The position numbers were made by a program, and so were the translations under genes. Below are positions 10,712 to 22,677 of a stretch of 64,000 nucleotides of DNA, piece after piece. How positions within the stretch are numbered: the first letter of the stretch is position 1; each line of letters starts with the position of its first letter. The notes below the pieces were generated by a model that saw only the letters and a list, made by a program, of their open reading frames with translations, was not told where the DNA came from and searched no databases. This DNA comes from Alphaproteobacteria bacterium (GTDB lineage Bacteria; Pseudomonadota; Alphaproteobacteria; UBA828), in the NCBI GenBank assembly GCA_965214705.1, contig OZ243972.1:1216001-1280000 (forward strand), written 5' to 3'.

Positions 10712-12010
10712 ATGGCGCGGCGCGGCGGGAAGGGGTGGAAAACAAAGCTTCTGCTCGGCGCCATCGCCGACGACCTCACCGGCGCAACCGATCTCTGCAA
10801 CACGCTGGTGGCGGGCGGGATGCGAACGGTCCAGGTGATCGGCGTTCCCCGTGCCGAGACCGCAGTGCCCGATGCCGATGCCGTCGTGGTCGCGCTCAAG
10901 TCGCGCACGGTGCCGCCCGCCAGAGCGGTGCGTGAGTCCCGCGCGGCGCTCGCTTGGCTCAGGAAGGGCGGCGCGCGTCAGATCTTCTTCAAGTACTGCT
11001 CGACCTTCGATTCAACGCCGCGCGGCAATATCGGGCCGGTGGGCGATGCGTTGCTGGACGATCTGGGGGCCGACCTAACCATTGGCTGCCCGGCCTTCCC
11101 GGCCAACGGGCGTACCGTCTACAGGGGGCACCTCTTTGTCGGCGACGTGCTGCTCGAGAACTCGGGCATGCGCAACCATCCGCTGACCCCGATGCGGGAC
11201 TCCAATCTCGTGGCGGTGCTCGGCGCCCAGACGCCGCGCCCGGTGGGGCTGGTCGGGCACGAGACCGTGCGCAAGGGTGCCGGCGCCATCCGCGGGGCGT
11301 TCGAGGGGCTTCGGCAGGCAGGCACGCGCCACGCCATCGTCGACGCGATCGCCGATCCCGACCTCATGGCGATCGGAGCGGCCTGCGCCGATTTGCCGCT
11401 CGTCACCGGCGGCTCCGGGGTCGCCATGGGGCTGCCGGCGAACTTCCGGGAGAGCGGCTTGCTCGGAGAGGCGGAGGAAGCGGCCACGCTGCCGGGCGCA
11501 GCCGGCCACGCGGCGGTGATCGCCGGCAGCTGCTCGACCGCAACGCTCGGGCAGATCGAGCGCATGGCGGCCACGTGCCCGGCGTTCTTCGTCGATGCCG
11601 AGGCGCTCGCCGCGCGCCGGCGGGTGGCGGCCGAGGCGCTGGCCTGGGCGCGGCCCAAGCTCGCCGAAGGGCCGGTGCTGATCTACGCCAGCGCCGCGCC
11701 GGCGCGGGTCAGGCGGATTCAGAAGCAGCTGGGCCCAGAAAAAGCGGGCGCGATGATCGAGCGTTGCCTCGCGCGCATCGCCAAAGGCCTCGTGGATGCC
11801 GGCACAGGCCGGCTGGTGGTGGCCGGCGGCGAGACCGCGGGCGCCGTGGTCGGCGCGCTCGGGGTTCAGGCGCTCCGCATCGGGGCCGAGATCGACCCCG
11901 GCGTGCCGTGGACCATGAGCGTCGGCGAGCCCCGGCTCCATCTCGCGCTGAAGTCCGGCAACTTCGGCGCGCCCGACTTCTTCACCCGCGCATTCGAGGT
12001 CTTGCCGTGA
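10712..12010 (+). CDS. otnK: 3-oxo-tetronate kinase (four-carbon acid sugar kinase, YgbK)
   Basis: GAIADDLTGATD, FKYCSTFDST, HPLTPMRDSNL, AGGETAG, LKSGNFG. Confidence 0.92.
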   Translation: MARRGGKGWKTKLLLGAIADDLTGATDLCNTLVAGGMRTVQVIGVPRAETAVPDADAVVVALKSRTVPPARAVRESRAALAWLRKGGARQIFFKYCSTFDSTPRGNIGPVGDALLDDLGADLTIGCPAFPANGRTVYRGHLFVGDVLLENSGMRNHPLTPMRDSNLVAVLGAQTPRPVGLVGHETVRKGAGAIRGAFEGLRQAGTRHAIVDAIADPDLMAIGAACADLPLVTGGSGVAMGLPANFRESGLLGEAEEAATLPGAAGHAAVIAGSCSTATLGQIERMAATCPAFFVDAEALAARRRVAAEALAWARPKLAEGPVLIYASAAPARVRRIQKQLGPEKAGAMIERCLARIAKGLVDAGTGRLVVAGGETAGAVVGALGVQALRIGAEIDPGVPWTMSVGEPRLHLALKSGNFGAPDFFTRAFEVLP

Positions 12011-12639
12011 GCGAGGCAGCGCTGCGCGAGCAGATCGCGCTTCACGGCGAGTCCCTGTTCACGCGGGGCTACGGCTGTGGCGCGTCGGGCAACATCAGCG
12101 CGCTGTTGGACGACGGCATGCTGGTCACGCCGACCAACTCCTGTCTCGGCCGGCTCGACCCCGCGCGGATCGCGAAGCTCGGGCCGGACGGCACCCTGAT
12201 CTCCGGCGACCCGCCCTCGAAGGAGGCGTTCCTGCACCAGTCGATCTACCGGGCGAGGCCCGATTCCCGCGCCATCGTGCACCTGCACAGCACGTGCTCG
12301 GTCGCGGTTTCCTGCCTCGCCGACGTCGACCCAGCCGACGTGCTGCCGCCGATCACCGCCTATTACGTGATGCGCGTGGGCCGACTGCCGCTCATCCCCT
12401 ACTACCGGCCGGGCGACCGGACGCTCGCAGACGCCGTGCACGACGCGGCCCGCACGCACCACGCGGTTCTGCTGGCCAATCACGGGCCCGTGGTGGCGGG
12501 GAAGGCGCTGGATGCCGCGGTCTATGCCGCCGAGGAGCTGGAAGAGACGGCGAAGCTGCACCTGCTGCTGCGCGGTGCGCCGGTCAGGCTGCTGACCGAC
12601 GAGCAAGTCACCGAATTGAGGGAGATATTCCCGACCTGA
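12007..12639 (+). CDS. otnC: 3-oxo-tetronate 4-phosphate decarboxylase (class II aldolase, YgbL)
   Basis: SGNIS, TPTNSCLG, PSKEAFLH, VHLHST, LANHGPV. GTGA overlap with otnK. Confidence 0.9.
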   Translation: MSEAALREQIALHGESLFTRGYGCGASGNISALLDDGMLVTPTNSCLGRLDPARIAKLGPDGTLISGDPPSKEAFLHQSIYRARPDSRAIVHLHSTCSVAVSCLADVDPADVLPPITAYYVMRVGRLPLIPYYRPGDRTLADAVHDAARTHHAVLLANHGPVVAGKALDAAVYAAEELEETAKLHLLLRGAPVRLLTDEQVTELREIFPT

Positions 12640-12679
12640 GCCGGGCTCTGTGGAAGGGTTGGCGGCGAAGGCTCGCGGC

Positions 12680-13111
12680 TTACGCGGCTTCCTCCTCCTC
12701 TTCCTCCTCGTCGTCGCCCGGAACGGGGCCCGAATCCTTGCCCTTCTCGTCCTCGTCCCGATCGACCAGCTCGATGATCGCCATGGGCGCGGCGTCGCCG
12801 TAGCGGTGACCGGCCTTCAGCACGCGGGTGTAGCCGCCCGGGCGCTCGGCGTAACGGGGCCCCAGCGTGTCGAAGAGCTTGCGCACGACCGCATCGTCGA
12901 CGAGATAGCTCAGCGCCTGCCGGCGGGCGTGGAGATCGCCGCGCTTGCCAAGCGTGATCATGCGCTCGACAACGCCGCGCAGCTCCTTCGCCTTCGGCAG
13001 CGTGGTCTCGATCTGCTCGTGCTTGAGCAGCGACGTCGCCATGTTGCGGAACATCGCGCGGCGGTGGCTGGACGTCCGGTTCAGCTTGCGGCGGCCATGT
13101 CGATGGCGCAT
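12680..13111 (-). CDS. rplQ: 50S ribosomal protein L17
   Basis: [34 protein letters not shown]. Confidence 0.99.
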   Translation of the reverse strand: MRHRHGRRKLNRTSSHRRAMFRNMATSLLKHEQIETTLPKAKELRGVVERMITLGKRGDLHARRQALSYLVDDAVVRKLFDTLGPRYAERPGGYTRVLKAGHRYGDAAPMAIIELVDRDEDEKGKDSGPVPGDDEEEEEEEAA

Positions 13112-13152
13112 GGCGTATCCCCCTGTAACGTGGCCTTGGGCGGGTCCGGTCC

Positions 13153-14166
13153 CTAGTAGGGCTCGTCCAGCCTCTTGGCCAGTTCCTCGATGTTCTCGGG
13201 CGGCCAGTCGGTGAGCTCCATGCCGAGATAGAGGCCCATGGCGGCCAGCACGTCCTTGATCTCGTTGAGCGACTTGCGGCCGAAGTTGGGCGTCCGCAGC
13301 ATCTCGGCTTCGGAGTACTGCACCAGGTCGCCGATGTAGATGATGTTGTCGTTCTTGAGGCAGTTGGCGGAGCGGACGGAAAGCTCCAGCTCGTCCACCT
13401 TGCGCAGCAGGTTCGGATTGAACTCCGGCTCGATCGCCTCCTCGGCGCGCGGCAGCTCGCGCGGCTCCTCGAAGTTGATGAAGAGCTGGAGCTGATCCTG
13501 GAGGATGCGGGCGGCCAACGCGATCGCGTCCTCGGGCGAGACGGTGCCGTTGGTCTCGACCCGCATGGTCAGCTTGTCGTAGTCGGTCACCTGGCCCACG
13601 CGGGTGTTGTCCACCTTGTAGGCGACCTTGCGCACAGGGCTGTAGAGCGCATCGACCGGGATCAGGCCGATGGGCGCATCCTCGGGCCGGTTCTGGGCGG
13701 CAGGCACATAGCCCTTGCCGGTCTCGACCGTGAACTCCATGTCGATCTTGGTGTTCTCGTCGAGGGTGCAGATCACCACGTCGGGGTCGACGATCTGGAT
13801 GCCGTGACCGGCCTGGATCTGCGCCGCCGTGACCTCGCCCGGCCCAGTCGCGCTCAGCGCCATCCGCCGGGGGCCTTCGCCGTGCAGGCGGAGCGCCAGC
13901 AGCTTCACGTTGAGGACGAGATCGGTGATGTCCTCGCGCACGCCCTGGAGCGAGGAGAACTCGTGCAGCACGCCGTTGATCTGCATCGACGTGACCGCGG
14001 CACCCTGCAGCGACGACAGCAGGATGCGCCTGAGCGCGTTGCCGAGCGTCATGCCGTAGCCGCGCTCGAGCGGCTCGGCCACGATGCGCGCGAAGCGGGA
14101 GCCGTCTCCTTCGGGCGTCACTTCGAGCTTGTGCGGCTTGATGAGTTCCTGCCAGTTCTTCTTCAT
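13153..14166 (-). CDS. rpoA: RNA polymerase alpha subunit
   Basis: [49 protein letters not shown]. Confidence 0.99.
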   Translation of the reverse strand: MKKNWQELIKPHKLEVTPEGDGSRFARIVAEPLERGYGMTLGNALRRILLSSLQGAAVTSMQINGVLHEFSSLQGVREDITDLVLNVKLLALRLHGEGPRRMALSATGPGEVTAAQIQAGHGIQIVDPDVVICTLDENTKIDMEFTVETGKGYVPAAQNRPEDAPIGLIPVDALYSPVRKVAYKVDNTRVGQVTDYDKLTMRVETNGTVSPEDAIALAARILQDQLQLFINFEEPRELPRAEEAIEPEFNPNLLRKVDELELSVRSANCLKNDNIIYIGDLVQYSEAEMLRTPNFGRKSLNEIKDVLAAMGLYLGMELTDWPPENIEELAKRLDEPY

Positions 14167-14248
14167 GACACAGACTGTCCCGTGTGATGGGTTGTACGCC
14201 CGTTGAATGAACGAGGTGGCGCGCCGCGGCGCGCCGGTCAAGGTGCCG

Positions 14249-14635
14249 TCAGACGCGCCGCCGTTTCGGCGGCCGGCAGCCATTGTGCGGGATCGGGGTC
14301 ACGTCCCGGATCGCGGTGATCACGAAGCCCGCGCTCTGCAGCGCGCGTAGCGCGGATTCGCGCCCTGAGCCCGGCCCCTTGATCTCGACCTCGAGGGATT
14401 TGACACCGTGCTCCGCAGCCTTGCGGCCGGCTTCCTCGGCCGCCATCTGGGCAGCGTAGGGGGTCGACTTCCGCGAGCCGCGAAAGCCCATGCTGCCGGC
14501 CGACGACCAGGCGATCGCATTGCCCTGGACATCGGTGATGGTAATCATCGTGCTGTTGAAGGTGGCGCTGACGTGGGCGATGCCGGAGGAAATGTTCTTC
14601 CGCTCGCGGCGCCGTGTGCGTGTCGGCTTCGCCAT
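14249..14635 (-). CDS. rpsK: 30S ribosomal protein S11
   Basis: [38 protein letters not shown]. Confidence 0.99.
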   Translation of the reverse strand: MAKPTRTRRRERKNISSGIAHVSATFNSTMITITDVQGNAIAWSSAGSMGFRGSRKSTPYAAQMAAEEAGRKAAEHGVKSLEVEIKGPGSGRESALRALQSAGFVITAIRDVTPIPHNGCRPPKRRRV

Positions 14636-14647
14636 CCCCGCTGCCCT

Positions 14648-15016
14648 CTACTTCTTCTTGCCCGCGATCGGGCGTGCCGGCCCTTTGCGCGTGCGTGCGT
14701 TGGTGTGGGTGCGCTGGCCGCGCACGGGCAAGCCGCGCCTGTGCCGGAGGCCCCGATAGGTGCCGAGGTCCATGAGGCGCTTGATGTTCATCGCGACCTC
14801 GCGGCGGAGGTCACCCTCGACCACGTAGCTCTGGTCGATCACCTCGCGGATGCGGATGACCTCCGCATCGCTCAGCTGGCTCACCCGCTTCTCGGCCGGC
14901 AGGCCCACCGTCTCGCGAATTTGCCGGGCCTTGGTGCGCCCGATCCCGTGAATGTAAGTCAACGAAATCTCGACCCGCTTGTTGGTCGGGATGTTGACGC
15001 CGGCAATACGCGCCAC
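14648..15016 (-). CDS. rpsM: 30S ribosomal protein S13
   Basis: [35 protein letters not shown]. Confidence 0.99.
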   Translation of the reverse strand: MARIAGVNIPTNKRVEISLTYIHGIGRTKARQIRETVGLPAEKRVSQLSDAEVIRIREVIDQSYVVEGDLRREVAMNIKRLMDLGTYRGLRHRRGLPVRGQRTHTNARTRKGPARPIAGKKK

Positions 15017-15318
15017 GCTGGAGCCTCCTCATAGGGAAAGGGCGCGCGGCGATGCCTGCTGCGCGCGCCCTGAGTGGCACGTCGATTACACCTAGCGTGC
15101 GTCCGAGTCAATGGCGCGTGCCGGCTCGCGGCGCTTCGGCGGGAGCGGGGCCGTCCTTGACGGACTCGCGACAGGCCGCGACCGCGGCCCGCCGCCAATG
15201 CGGCGCGCCCGCGCAGGCGCCGGCCGTAGGCCGGCTGCCGTGAGCGACAAGTGGGAGAGCGTTTCCGCTGGGGCGGAAACGCTCTAGCATGCGCGCGCCT
15301 GCGAGGGGGGGCCGGTCC

Positions 15319-16374
15319 ATGGCGCACTATCGAATTGCGGTAATTCCTGGCGATGGCATCGGCAACGAGGTCATGCCCGAAGCTATGAAGGTGCTGGAAG
15401 CCGCCGGCCGGCGCTTCGATATCGGTTTCGACTGGCAGCATTTCGGCTGGAACTGCGAAACCTACGGCCAGACCGGCCGAATGATGCCCGAGGACGGGAT
15501 CGAAGTTCTGCGCCCGTTCGACGCCATCCTGCTGGGCGCGGTGGGCTTCCCCGGCGTGCCGGACCACGTTTCGCTCTGGGGCCTCCTGATTCCGCTGCGC
15601 CGGGCCTTCCGTCAGTACGTCAACCTGCGCCCGATCAAGCTGCTCAAGGGCGTCACCTCGCCGCTCGCGAACCGCACCCCGGCCGACATCGACTTCGTCA
15701 TCGTGCGCGAGAACAATGAGGGCGAGTATTCGGAGATGGGCGGGCGCATCTACGCCGGCACCGAGCAGGAGGCGGTGGTGCAGGAGAGCGTCTTCACCCG
15801 CCAGGGCGTCGACCGGGTGATGCGCTACGCCTTCGAGCTGGCCCGCACCCGGCAGGGCCGCGTGGCCTCGGCCACCAAGTCCAACGGCATCATCCACACG
15901 ATGCCCTATTGGGACGAGCGCTTCGCGGCCCACGCCGCCGAGTTCCCGGACGTGGAGACCGACAGCTTCCATATCGACATCCTGAGCGCCCACTTCGTGC
16001 AGCATCCGGACTGGTTCGACGTGGTGGTGGGCAGCAACCTGTTCGGCGACATCCTCTCGGACCTCGGCGCCGCTGTGGCGGGCGGCATGGGGCTCGCACC
16101 CGCCGCCAACCTCAACCCCGATCGCGACCATCCCTCCATGTTCGAGCCGGTGCACGGCTCTGCGCCGGACATCGCCGGCCGCGCCATCGCCAACCCGGTC
16201 GCGATGATCTGGACCGGCGCGATGATGGTGGACCATCTCGGCCACGGCGACGCCGCGCGCGCCATCGAGGGTGCGATCGAGACCGTGCTCGGCGAAGGCG
16301 CCCCGCTGACCCCCGACCTCGGCGGCAGCGCGTCCACCTCCGATGTCGGTGAGGCCATCGCCCAAGCGCTCTGA
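15319..16374 (+). CDS. Tartrate dehydrogenase / D-malate dehydrogenase (decarboxylating)
   Basis: IAVIPGDGIGNEV, PDHVSLWGLL, ATKSNG, SNLFGDILSDL, SMFEPVHGSAPDI. Confidence 0.92.
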   Translation: MAHYRIAVIPGDGIGNEVMPEAMKVLEAAGRRFDIGFDWQHFGWNCETYGQTGRMMPEDGIEVLRPFDAILLGAVGFPGVPDHVSLWGLLIPLRRAFRQYVNLRPIKLLKGVTSPLANRTPADIDFVIVRENNEGEYSEMGGRIYAGTEQEAVVQESVFTRQGVDRVMRYAFELARTRQGRVASATKSNGIIHTMPYWDERFAAHAAEFPDVETDSFHIDILSAHFVQHPDWFDVVVGSNLFGDILSDLGAAVAGGMGLAPAANLNPDRDHPSMFEPVHGSAPDIAGRAIANPVAMIWTGAMMVDHLGHGDAARAIEGAIETVLGEGAPLTPDLGGSASTSDVGEAIAQAL

Positions 16375-16446
16375 GGCTGGCACCGTCCCGCGTGCCGCGG
16401 CCCGAACCAAGCCCTGTCACGCTTGTGCTACAGCACAGCATTGTCT

Positions 16447-16462
16447 AGGTTACATGTAACCT
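16447..16462. promoter_or_regulatory. Perfect palindrome, likely toxin-antitoxin operator
   Basis: AGGTTACATGTAACCT, 13 nt upstream of the antitoxin ATG. Confidence 0.7.
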
Positions 16463-16475
16463 GGGGTGACGATCC

Positions 16476-16703
16476 ATGGCAAGCCCGCCGAAGAGCTCGA
16501 AGGCAACGCACGAGAAGGTTCGCCGGCATCGTGCGCGCCTGCGTGAGCAGGGGCTTCGTCCTCTGCAAATCTGGGTACCCGACACCCGGACACCGGGATT
16601 TTCGGAGGAGGCGCGTAGACAGTCGCTGGCCGTGGCCGCGAGTGTGCATGCCGAGTCCGACCAGCGGTTCGTCGACGCCATCAGCGAAATTGATATCGCG
16701 TGA
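16476..16703 (+). CDS. Antitoxin, MazE-like DUF3018 family
   Basis: KVRRHRARLREQGLRPLQIWVPDTR..F.EEARRQS. Confidence 0.9.
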   Translation: MASPPKSSKATHEKVRRHRARLREQGLRPLQIWVPDTRTPGFSEEARRQSLAVAASVHAESDQRFVDAISEIDIA

Positions 16704-17026
16704 AGCGGGGCGAATTGTGGGTCGCTGCGGGGGGCGGCGACTATACGGGCAAGCCGAGACCCGTCGTGATCGTTCAGGACGACCGCTTCGAGCATTCAAA
16801 CTCGGTGACGGTCTGTGCATTGACCAGCGACCCGACCGATGCGCCACTGTTTCGCGTCGCTCTCTCCCCGAGCTCCGAGAACGGCCTGCACGAGACTTGC
16901 CGGGTCATGGTCGACAAGATCACCACCGTCCGCCGGGAGCGTCTGGGTCGACGGATCGGCGCCCTCTCCGCTAGGGATATGCGACGGATCGATCAGGCCA
17001 TTCTCGTCTTCCTCGGCATTGCCTGA
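16700..17026 (+). CDS. PemK/MazF family endoribonuclease toxin
   Basis: MKRGELW..GKPRPVVIVQ, NGL...C.VMVDKITTV. Overlaps the antitoxin by GTGA. Confidence 0.92.
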   Translation: MKRGELWVAAGGGDYTGKPRPVVIVQDDRFEHSNSVTVCALTSDPTDAPLFRVALSPSSENGLHETCRVMVDKITTVRRERLGRRIGALSARDMRRIDQAILVFLGIA

Positions 17027-17072
17027 CGGGATGTTCGCCCGACGGGCCGCTCGTAGACGCCCGCGCGTTTGC

Positions 17073-17100
17073 TTGACAGCCTTGCGGCGGGTGCTAGGGT
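17073..17100 (+). promoter_or_regulatory. Candidate sigma70 promoter of the miaB operon
   Basis: TTGACA-N16-TAGGGT. Confidence 0.5.
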
Positions 17101-17182
17101 CGGTGGCCTTAGAGAGGGGCAGGGAGCGGCACGATTGGCGGGCCGCGCGACCTCCAGCGAAGCCCCGACACACGGCGAGGCC

Positions 17183-18598
17183 GTGGCGAAAAAGCTCTAC
17201 GTCAAGACCTTCGGCTGCCAGATGAACGTCTACGACTCCGCCCGCATGGCGGATGTCCTGGCGCCGCTCGGCTATCGCTCGACGGCGGCGATCGAGGACG
17301 CCGATCTGGTGGTCCTCAACACCTGTCATATCCGTGAGAAGGCGGCGGAGAAGGTCTACTCCGAGCTCGGGCGGTTGCGCGCGCTGAAGCAGACGCGCGA
17401 GCGGGGCGGTGGGGAGATGCTGCTCGCCGTCGCCGGCTGCGTCGCCCAGGCCGAGGGCGAGGAGGTCGCTGCCCGCGCCCCCTTCGTGGATATCGTGGTT
17501 GGCCCCCAAGCGTATCATCGCCTGCCGGGCATGGTGGCGCGCGCGAGGCGTGAGCGCCGGGCTGCGGTCGATACCTCCATGCCGGCGGATTCGCGCTTCG
17601 ACCACTTGCCGGAGGAGCTGGCCGGCCCGCTGCCAGGAAGGGGCGTTTCGTCCTTCCTCACGATTCAGGAAGGCTGCGATCGCTTCTGCACGTTCTGCGT
17701 CGTGCCCTATACCCGAGGCGCCGAGGATTCCCGCCCCGCTGCTGATGTCGAAGCCGAGGCACGCCGCCTCGTCGTCGCCGGCGCCCGCGAGATCGTGCTG
17801 CTGGGCCAGAACGTCAACGCCTATCACGGCGCGGCCGGCGAGCCCGACGAGGGCGAGACGGACTTGGCGAGTCTGATCGGCCGCCTGGCAGCCATCGAAG
17901 GGCTGGAGCGGCTGCGCTACACCACTTCCCATCCGCGCGACATGACGCCGGCGCTGATCGAGGCGCACGGCGCGGAGCCGAAGCTGATGCCCTTCCTGCA
18001 TCTGCCGGTGCAGTCGGGCTCGGACCGCATCCTCGCCGCCATGAACCGGGGCCACGGCGCCGAGCGTTACCTGCGTCTGGTGGCCGCGCTCCGGGCCGCT
18101 CAGCCCGAGATCGCGCTCTCCAGCGACTTCATCGTGGGCTTTCCCGGTGAGACCGAGGCGGATTTTGAGGAGACAATGGCGCTCGTGCGCGAGGTCGAGT
18201 TCGCGCAGGCCTTCTCCTTCAAGTACAGCCCGCGCCCCGGCACGCCTGCGGCAGAGCGCGACGACCGCGTGCCGGGCGAGGTCGCTGCCGAGCGTCTGAG
18301 CCGCCTCCAGCGCCTGCTCGACGAGCAGAAGCGGCGCTTCAACGCGGGCATGGTGGGGCGGACGCTCCCGGTACTCTTCGAGAGGCGCGGCCGCCACCCT
18401 GGTCAGGTCGCAGGCCGCACGTCCTACATGCAGTGGCTCCATGTGGCGGGCGACGAGAGCTTGATCGGCACCGTCGCAGAGGCAACCGTGACCGACGCTT
18501 CGCCCAACGGCCTCGCAGGTGCGCTGGCGGGTGGCACGGGCGCGCTTACCCAGGGCCGCGACGCCGGCTTGGGCGTTGCAGGAGGCGTTCCCGCGTGA
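17183..18598 (+). CDS. miaB: tRNA-2-methylthio-N6-dimethylallyladenosine synthase
   Basis: [21 protein letters not shown], radical [20 protein letters not shown]. Confidence 0.97.
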   Translation: MAKKLYVKTFGCQMNVYDSARMADVLAPLGYRSTAAIEDADLVVLNTCHIREKAAEKVYSELGRLRALKQTRERGGGEMLLAVAGCVAQAEGEEVAARAPFVDIVVGPQAYHRLPGMVARARRERRAAVDTSMPADSRFDHLPEELAGPLPGRGVSSFLTIQEGCDRFCTFCVVPYTRGAEDSRPAADVEAEARRLVVAGAREIVLLGQNVNAYHGAAGEPDEGETDLASLIGRLAAIEGLERLRYTTSHPRDMTPALIEAHGAEPKLMPFLHLPVQSGSDRILAAMNRGHGAERYLRLVAALRAAQPEIALSSDFIVGFPGETEADFEETMALVREVEFAQAFSFKYSPRPGTPAAERDDRVPGEVAAERLSRLQRLLDEQKRRFNAGMVGRTLPVLFERRGRHPGQVAGRTSYMQWLHVAGDESLIGTVAEATVTDASPNGLAGALAGGTGALTQGRDAGLGVAGGVPA

Positions 18599-19650
18599 GC
18601 CGCCCTGCAGCCGGGGCGCCGGGCGAGGCCGGCGCGCAGATCCGTTTCGATGACAACACCTTGCTGCCGCTCCTCTTCGGCGATCACGACCGCCATCTGG
18701 TGCGGATCGAGCACGCGTTGGGCGTGGTGCTGCGCTCGCGCGGCAACGAGGTTGCGATCAGCGGCCCGCCCTCTTCGGTCGCGGCGACGGAAGAGGTGCT
18801 GCGGACGCTCTACGACAAGCTGAAGCAGGGCCTGCCCATGGGCGGCGGCGAGGTCGAAGGCGCGATCCGCATGGCGACCGGGCCGCGCGGCGCCGGTGTC
18901 GCGGGCACGGCAAACCAGCGGGCCGAGCCTGAGCCTGCGCTCACGCTCCGCACCCGCAAGCGCCCGGTCAGTCCGCGCTCGCCGCGCCAGGCCGACTATG
19001 TGCGCGCCATGCAGAACAACGACCTGGTGTTCGGGCTCGGCCCCGCCGGCACCGGCAAGACCTATCTCGCGGTGGCGATGGCGGTCTCGCTCTATCTCAC
19101 CGGCCGGGTCGAGCGCATCGTGCTCTCGCGCCCGGCGGTCGAGGCGGGCGAGCGCCTCGGTTTCCTGCCCGGCGATTTGAAGGACAAGGTCGACCCGTAT
19201 CTCCGCCCGCTCTACGACGCGCTCTACGACATGCTGCCGGCGGACCTGGTGTCGCGGCGCATCGACTCGGCGGAGATCGAGATCGCCCCGCTCGCCTTCA
19301 TGCGCGGGCGCACGCTCTCCCAGGCGTTCGTCATCCTGGACGAAGCGCAGAACACGACGCCGCTACAGATGAAGATGTTCCTCACCCGGCTCGGCGAGGG
19401 CTCGCGCATGGTCGTCACCGGCGACCTCACCCAGGTAGACCTCCCGGCTGGTGCGCAGTCGGGCCTGCGCCATGCCGTCAAGACACTGGAGGGATTGAGC
19501 GGGGTTTCCTTCGTCCGCTTCGGCACCGCCGATGTCATGCGCCATTCCCTGGTGACGCGCATCCTCGAGGCCTACGACGCCGAAACCCCCGGCGATGACC
19601 GAGATCGAGATCAGCCTCCGCGATTCGGCGTGGTCGACCGCTCTTCCTGA
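18595..19650 (+). CDS. phoH: PhoH-like ATPase (YbeZ)
   Basis: [39 protein letters not shown]. Confidence 0.96.
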   Translation: MSRPAAGAPGEAGAQIRFDDNTLLPLLFGDHDRHLVRIEHALGVVLRSRGNEVAISGPPSSVAATEEVLRTLYDKLKQGLPMGGGEVEGAIRMATGPRGAGVAGTANQRAEPEPALTLRTRKRPVSPRSPRQADYVRAMQNNDLVFGLGPAGTGKTYLAVAMAVSLYLTGRVERIVLSRPAVEAGERLGFLPGDLKDKVDPYLRPLYDALYDMLPADLVSRRIDSAEIEIAPLAFMRGRTLSQAFVILDEAQNTTPLQMKMFLTRLGEGSRMVVTGDLTQVDLPAGAQSGLRHAVKTLEGLSGVSFVRFGTADVMRHSLVTRILEAYDAETPGDDRDRDQPPRFGVVDRSS

Positions 19651-20083
19651 CGCCGCCGCCGTGGCTCGCCGTGCCGCCTCCGCGGCCCTTGAGGCCGAAG
19701 CGGACCTACCCGGTCGCGTGGAACTCAGCGTGGTGCTGGCGGACGATGCCTTCGTGCGAATGCTGAACAGGGACTACCGGGGCCAGGACCGCGCGACGGA
19801 CGTGCTCTCATTCCCGGTCCACGAGCCGCCGCGCCTCGACCCGCCACCCGGCGAAATGCCGCTCATGCTGGGCGACGTGGTGCTTGCCCGCGAGACCGTG
19901 CAGCGCGACAGCACGTCGGTCGGGGTGGGCCTTGCCGATCGGGTGAGCCACCTGGTCATCCACGGCGTGCTCCATCTGCTCGGCCACGACCACGACGAGC
20001 CGGATGCCGAGCGTCGCATGCGCGCGCTCGAATCCCGAACGCTATTGGCACTTGGCTTATCCGATCCCTACGTTAACCTGTGA
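19595..20083 (+). CDS. ybeY: rRNA maturation endoribonuclease YbeY
   Basis: LNRDYRG.D.ATDVLSFP, HGVLHLLGHDH. Confidence 0.96.
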   Translation: MTEIEISLRDSAWSTALPDAAAVARRAASAALEAEADLPGRVELSVVLADDAFVRMLNRDYRGQDRATDVLSFPVHEPPRLDPPPGEMPLMLGDVVLARETVQRDSTSVGVGLADRVSHLVIHGVLHLLGHDHDEPDAERRMRALESRTLLALGLSDPYVNL

Positions 20084-20125
20084 GAGTGAGAGTTGCCCCG
20101 CGGTCACGGGCCGCGGAGCGGAACG

Positions 20126-21052
20126 ATGAGCGAAGACGACAAACCTCCATCTAGCAGCGACAGTGTAGGCGGCGACCGAAGCGGGCGGGCTCGCGCGTCG
20201 GTTGTTGGGCTGATCGGCAATTGGCTGCGCAAGGGGCTCGGCCGCGGCAACGGCGGCTCCTGGCGCGAGTCCCTCGGCGAGATCCTCGAAGAAGAGGAAA
20301 TCGCCGATCAGATCAGCCCGGACGAGCGCGACCTGCTGCTCAACCTGCTGCGCTTCGGCAGCCTGACCGCCGAAGACGCGATGGTGCCCCGCAACGACGT
20401 CACGGCGGTCGAGATCACGGCGCCGTTGGATGAGGTCGTCGCCATCATCAAGGAGGAGGGCCATTCGCGGATGCCGCTCTACCGCGGCAATCTCGACGAG
20501 ATCGTCGGCATGATTCACATCCGCGATGTCATGGGCCATTGGGGCGGAGACGGTCCCTTCGACCTGGAGGCGATCCGGCGCGAAATTCTGTACGTGCCCG
20601 AATCCATGCCGATCCCGGCCCTGCTGAAGGAGATGCGCGAGACCCGGCTGCACATGGCGGTGATCGTCGACGAGTACGGCGGCACCCACGGCCTGGTGAC
20701 GATCGAGGACGTGGTGGAGGAGATCGTCGGCGAGATCGAGGACGAGCACGACGAGATCGAGGCCCCGGCCCTGATCCGCCTGGATGACGGCGCGATGGAG
20801 GCGGATGCCCGCGTTCGGGTGGACGAGCTGGAGCGCCAGCTCTCGGTCCCACTGCTCGACGGAGATGAGGAGGACGCGGTCGATACCCTCGGCGGGCTCG
20901 TGTTCACCCTGGCCGAGCGGGTGCCCCGTGTGGGCGAGCAAATTTGCCACCCGGTCGGATTCACATTCGAGGTACTGGAGGCCGACCCGCGGCGAATCAA
21001 GAGGCTGCGAGTCAGCCGCACTGAGTCACACCCGGCGCACGGTCGTCCGTGA
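20126..21052 (+). CDS. corC: CBS-domain HlyC/CorC family protein
   Basis: [39 protein letters not shown]. Confidence 0.92.
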   Translation: MSEDDKPPSSSDSVGGDRSGRARASVVGLIGNWLRKGLGRGNGGSWRESLGEILEEEEIADQISPDERDLLLNLLRFGSLTAEDAMVPRNDVTAVEITAPLDEVVAIIKEEGHSRMPLYRGNLDEIVGMIHIRDVMGHWGGDGPFDLEAIRREILYVPESMPIPALLKEMRETRLHMAVIVDEYGGTHGLVTIEDVVEEIVGEIEDEHDEIEAPALIRLDDGAMEADARVRVDELERQLSVPLLDGDEEDAVDTLGGLVFTLAERVPRVGEQICHPVGFTFEVLEADPRRIKRLRVSRTESHPAHGRP

Positions 21053-22677
21053 CCGACTACGGGCGCCTTGCCGCCACGCGGTATGTGGCGCTGGCGCGTT
21101 GGGTCGGCGCCGCATCCGGTTGGCGCCGGTCGGGGATCGCCGCCGGCCTCGGCGCCGTCTCGGCGACCGCGCTCCCGCCGGGGCACGCGCTCCCCCTGCT
21201 GGTGGTCTCGTTCACGGGCCTGGTCTGGCTGATCCACGCCAGCCGCTCGCCGTGGCGAGCCGCCGTCGCGGGTTGGTGGTTCGGCTTCGCTCACTTCGTC
21301 TTCAGCATCTATTGGATCGGCGCCGCCATGCTGACCGATCCCTCGCGCTTTGGCTGGATGGTGGCGCCGGCGGTGATCGGGCTCTCCGCCGGCTTCGCGC
21401 TGTTCCCAGCGCTGGCTGCCTTCGCGGCGCGGCTACCACCGTTGCCCATCGCGGGCCGTGTGCTCGCCCTCGCCGTCACCTGGACCGCGGCCGAGTGGCT
21501 GCGCGGCAACATCCTCACCGGCTTTCCCATGAACCTGATGGGAACGGTCTGGATGCCATCCGTGGGCATGATCCAGTCCGTGGCGGTGGTCGGGGTCTAT
21601 GGGCTGAGCTTCGTGACCGTGCTCGCTGCGGCGGCCCCGGCGGTGCTGGCGACACCCGGCACGGACGAACGCCCCCGCCGCCGGCGCTGGCTGTTGCCCG
21701 CCGTCGCGTTCGGATTGCTGGCGGCGATCTGGGTCGGCGGGCAGGCGCGCCTCGCGCTGGCGCCCGATCTGGCGCCGACCGAAGTCACGCTCCGCCTGGT
21801 TCAGGCCAATATCGATCAATCCCGGAAGTGGGAGGACGGCGCGCGCGAGGCGGGGCTCGCGCACCACGTCGTGCTCTCGCACGAGCCGGGGCTCGACGAG
21901 ACCGACATCGTGATCTGGCCGGAGACGGCCGTGCCCTTCTTCATGGATGAGAGCGCGACGATCCAGGCATTCGTGTCGCGGGCCGCGCCCCCCGGCGGCT
22001 ATGTGATCACCGGCGCACCCCGGCGCACCCGTTCGGCGGGGCGCACGATCGCCGTCTGGAACAGCCTGCATGCGCTAGGCCCGGCGGAAGCCATCACGGC
22101 GTCCTACGACAAGCACCACCTGGTACCGTTCGGCGAGTACATGCCCCTGCGCGGGATCATTAATCTGCGGGCAATCGCGGCGGCTGGAACGGTCGACAGC
22201 TCTCCCGGGCCGGGGCCGCGCACGCTCAGTCTGCCCGGCGTGCCGCCCTTCAGCCCGCTGATCTGCTACGAGGCAATCTTCCCCGGCGAGGTGGTGGCCG
22301 ACAACGCGCCACCGGGCGAGCGGCCGCAATGGCTGCTCAACATCACCAACGACGCCTGGTTCGGGCACACGGCCGGGCCCTATCAGCACTTCCAGGCGGC
22401 GCGCCTCCGGGCCGTGGAAGAGGGCATGCCGCTGGTGCGGGCGGCGAACACCGGCATCTCCGCCGTCGTCGATTCCTACGGTCGCATGGTGGGCCGGCTC
22501 GGGCTGGGGGAGATCGGCGTCCTCGACGCGCCGCTGCCGCCGGCGCTCGAGCCGCCGCCGATGGCCCGGCTGGGCGACTGGATCCTGGCCATTCTCCTGC
22601 TTCTTGCTGCGGCCGCGACTCTCGCCATCGACGTCCAGCATTGGTTGCGCAGCGAGCGGCACGGTCAGGGTGAATAA
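21049..22677 (+). CDS. lnt: Apolipoprotein N-acyltransferase
   Basis: [43 protein letters not shown]. Confidence 0.96.
   Translation: MTDYGRLAATRYVALARWVGAASGWRRSGIAAGLGAVSATALPPGHALPLLVVSFTGLVWLIHASRSPWRAAVAGWWFGFAHFVFSIYWIGAAMLTDPSRFGWMVAPAVIGLSAGFALFPALAAFAARLPPLPIAGRVLALAVTWTAAEWLRGNILTGFPMNLMGTVWMPSVGMIQSVAVVGVYGLSFVTVLAAAAPAVLATPGTDERPRRRRWLLPAVAFGLLAAIWVGGQARLALAPDLAPTEVTLRLVQANIDQSRKWEDGAREAGLAHHVVLSHEPGLDETDIVIWPETAVPFFMDESATIQAFVSRAAPPGGYVITGAPRRTRSAGRTIAVWNSLHALGPAEAITASYDKHHLVPFGEYMPLRGIINLRAIAAAGTVDSSPGPGPRTLSLPGVPPFSPLICYEAIFPGEVVADNAPPGERPQWLLNITNDAWFGHTAGPYQHFQAARLRAVEEGMPLVRAANTGISAVVDSYGRMVGRLGLGEIGVLDAPLPPALEPPPMARLGDWILAILLLLAAAATLAIDVQHWLRSERHGQGE

Noticed and set aside
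12680-15016. Absence of rpsD from the alpha operon
   Set aside because: Normal for Alphaproteobacteria.
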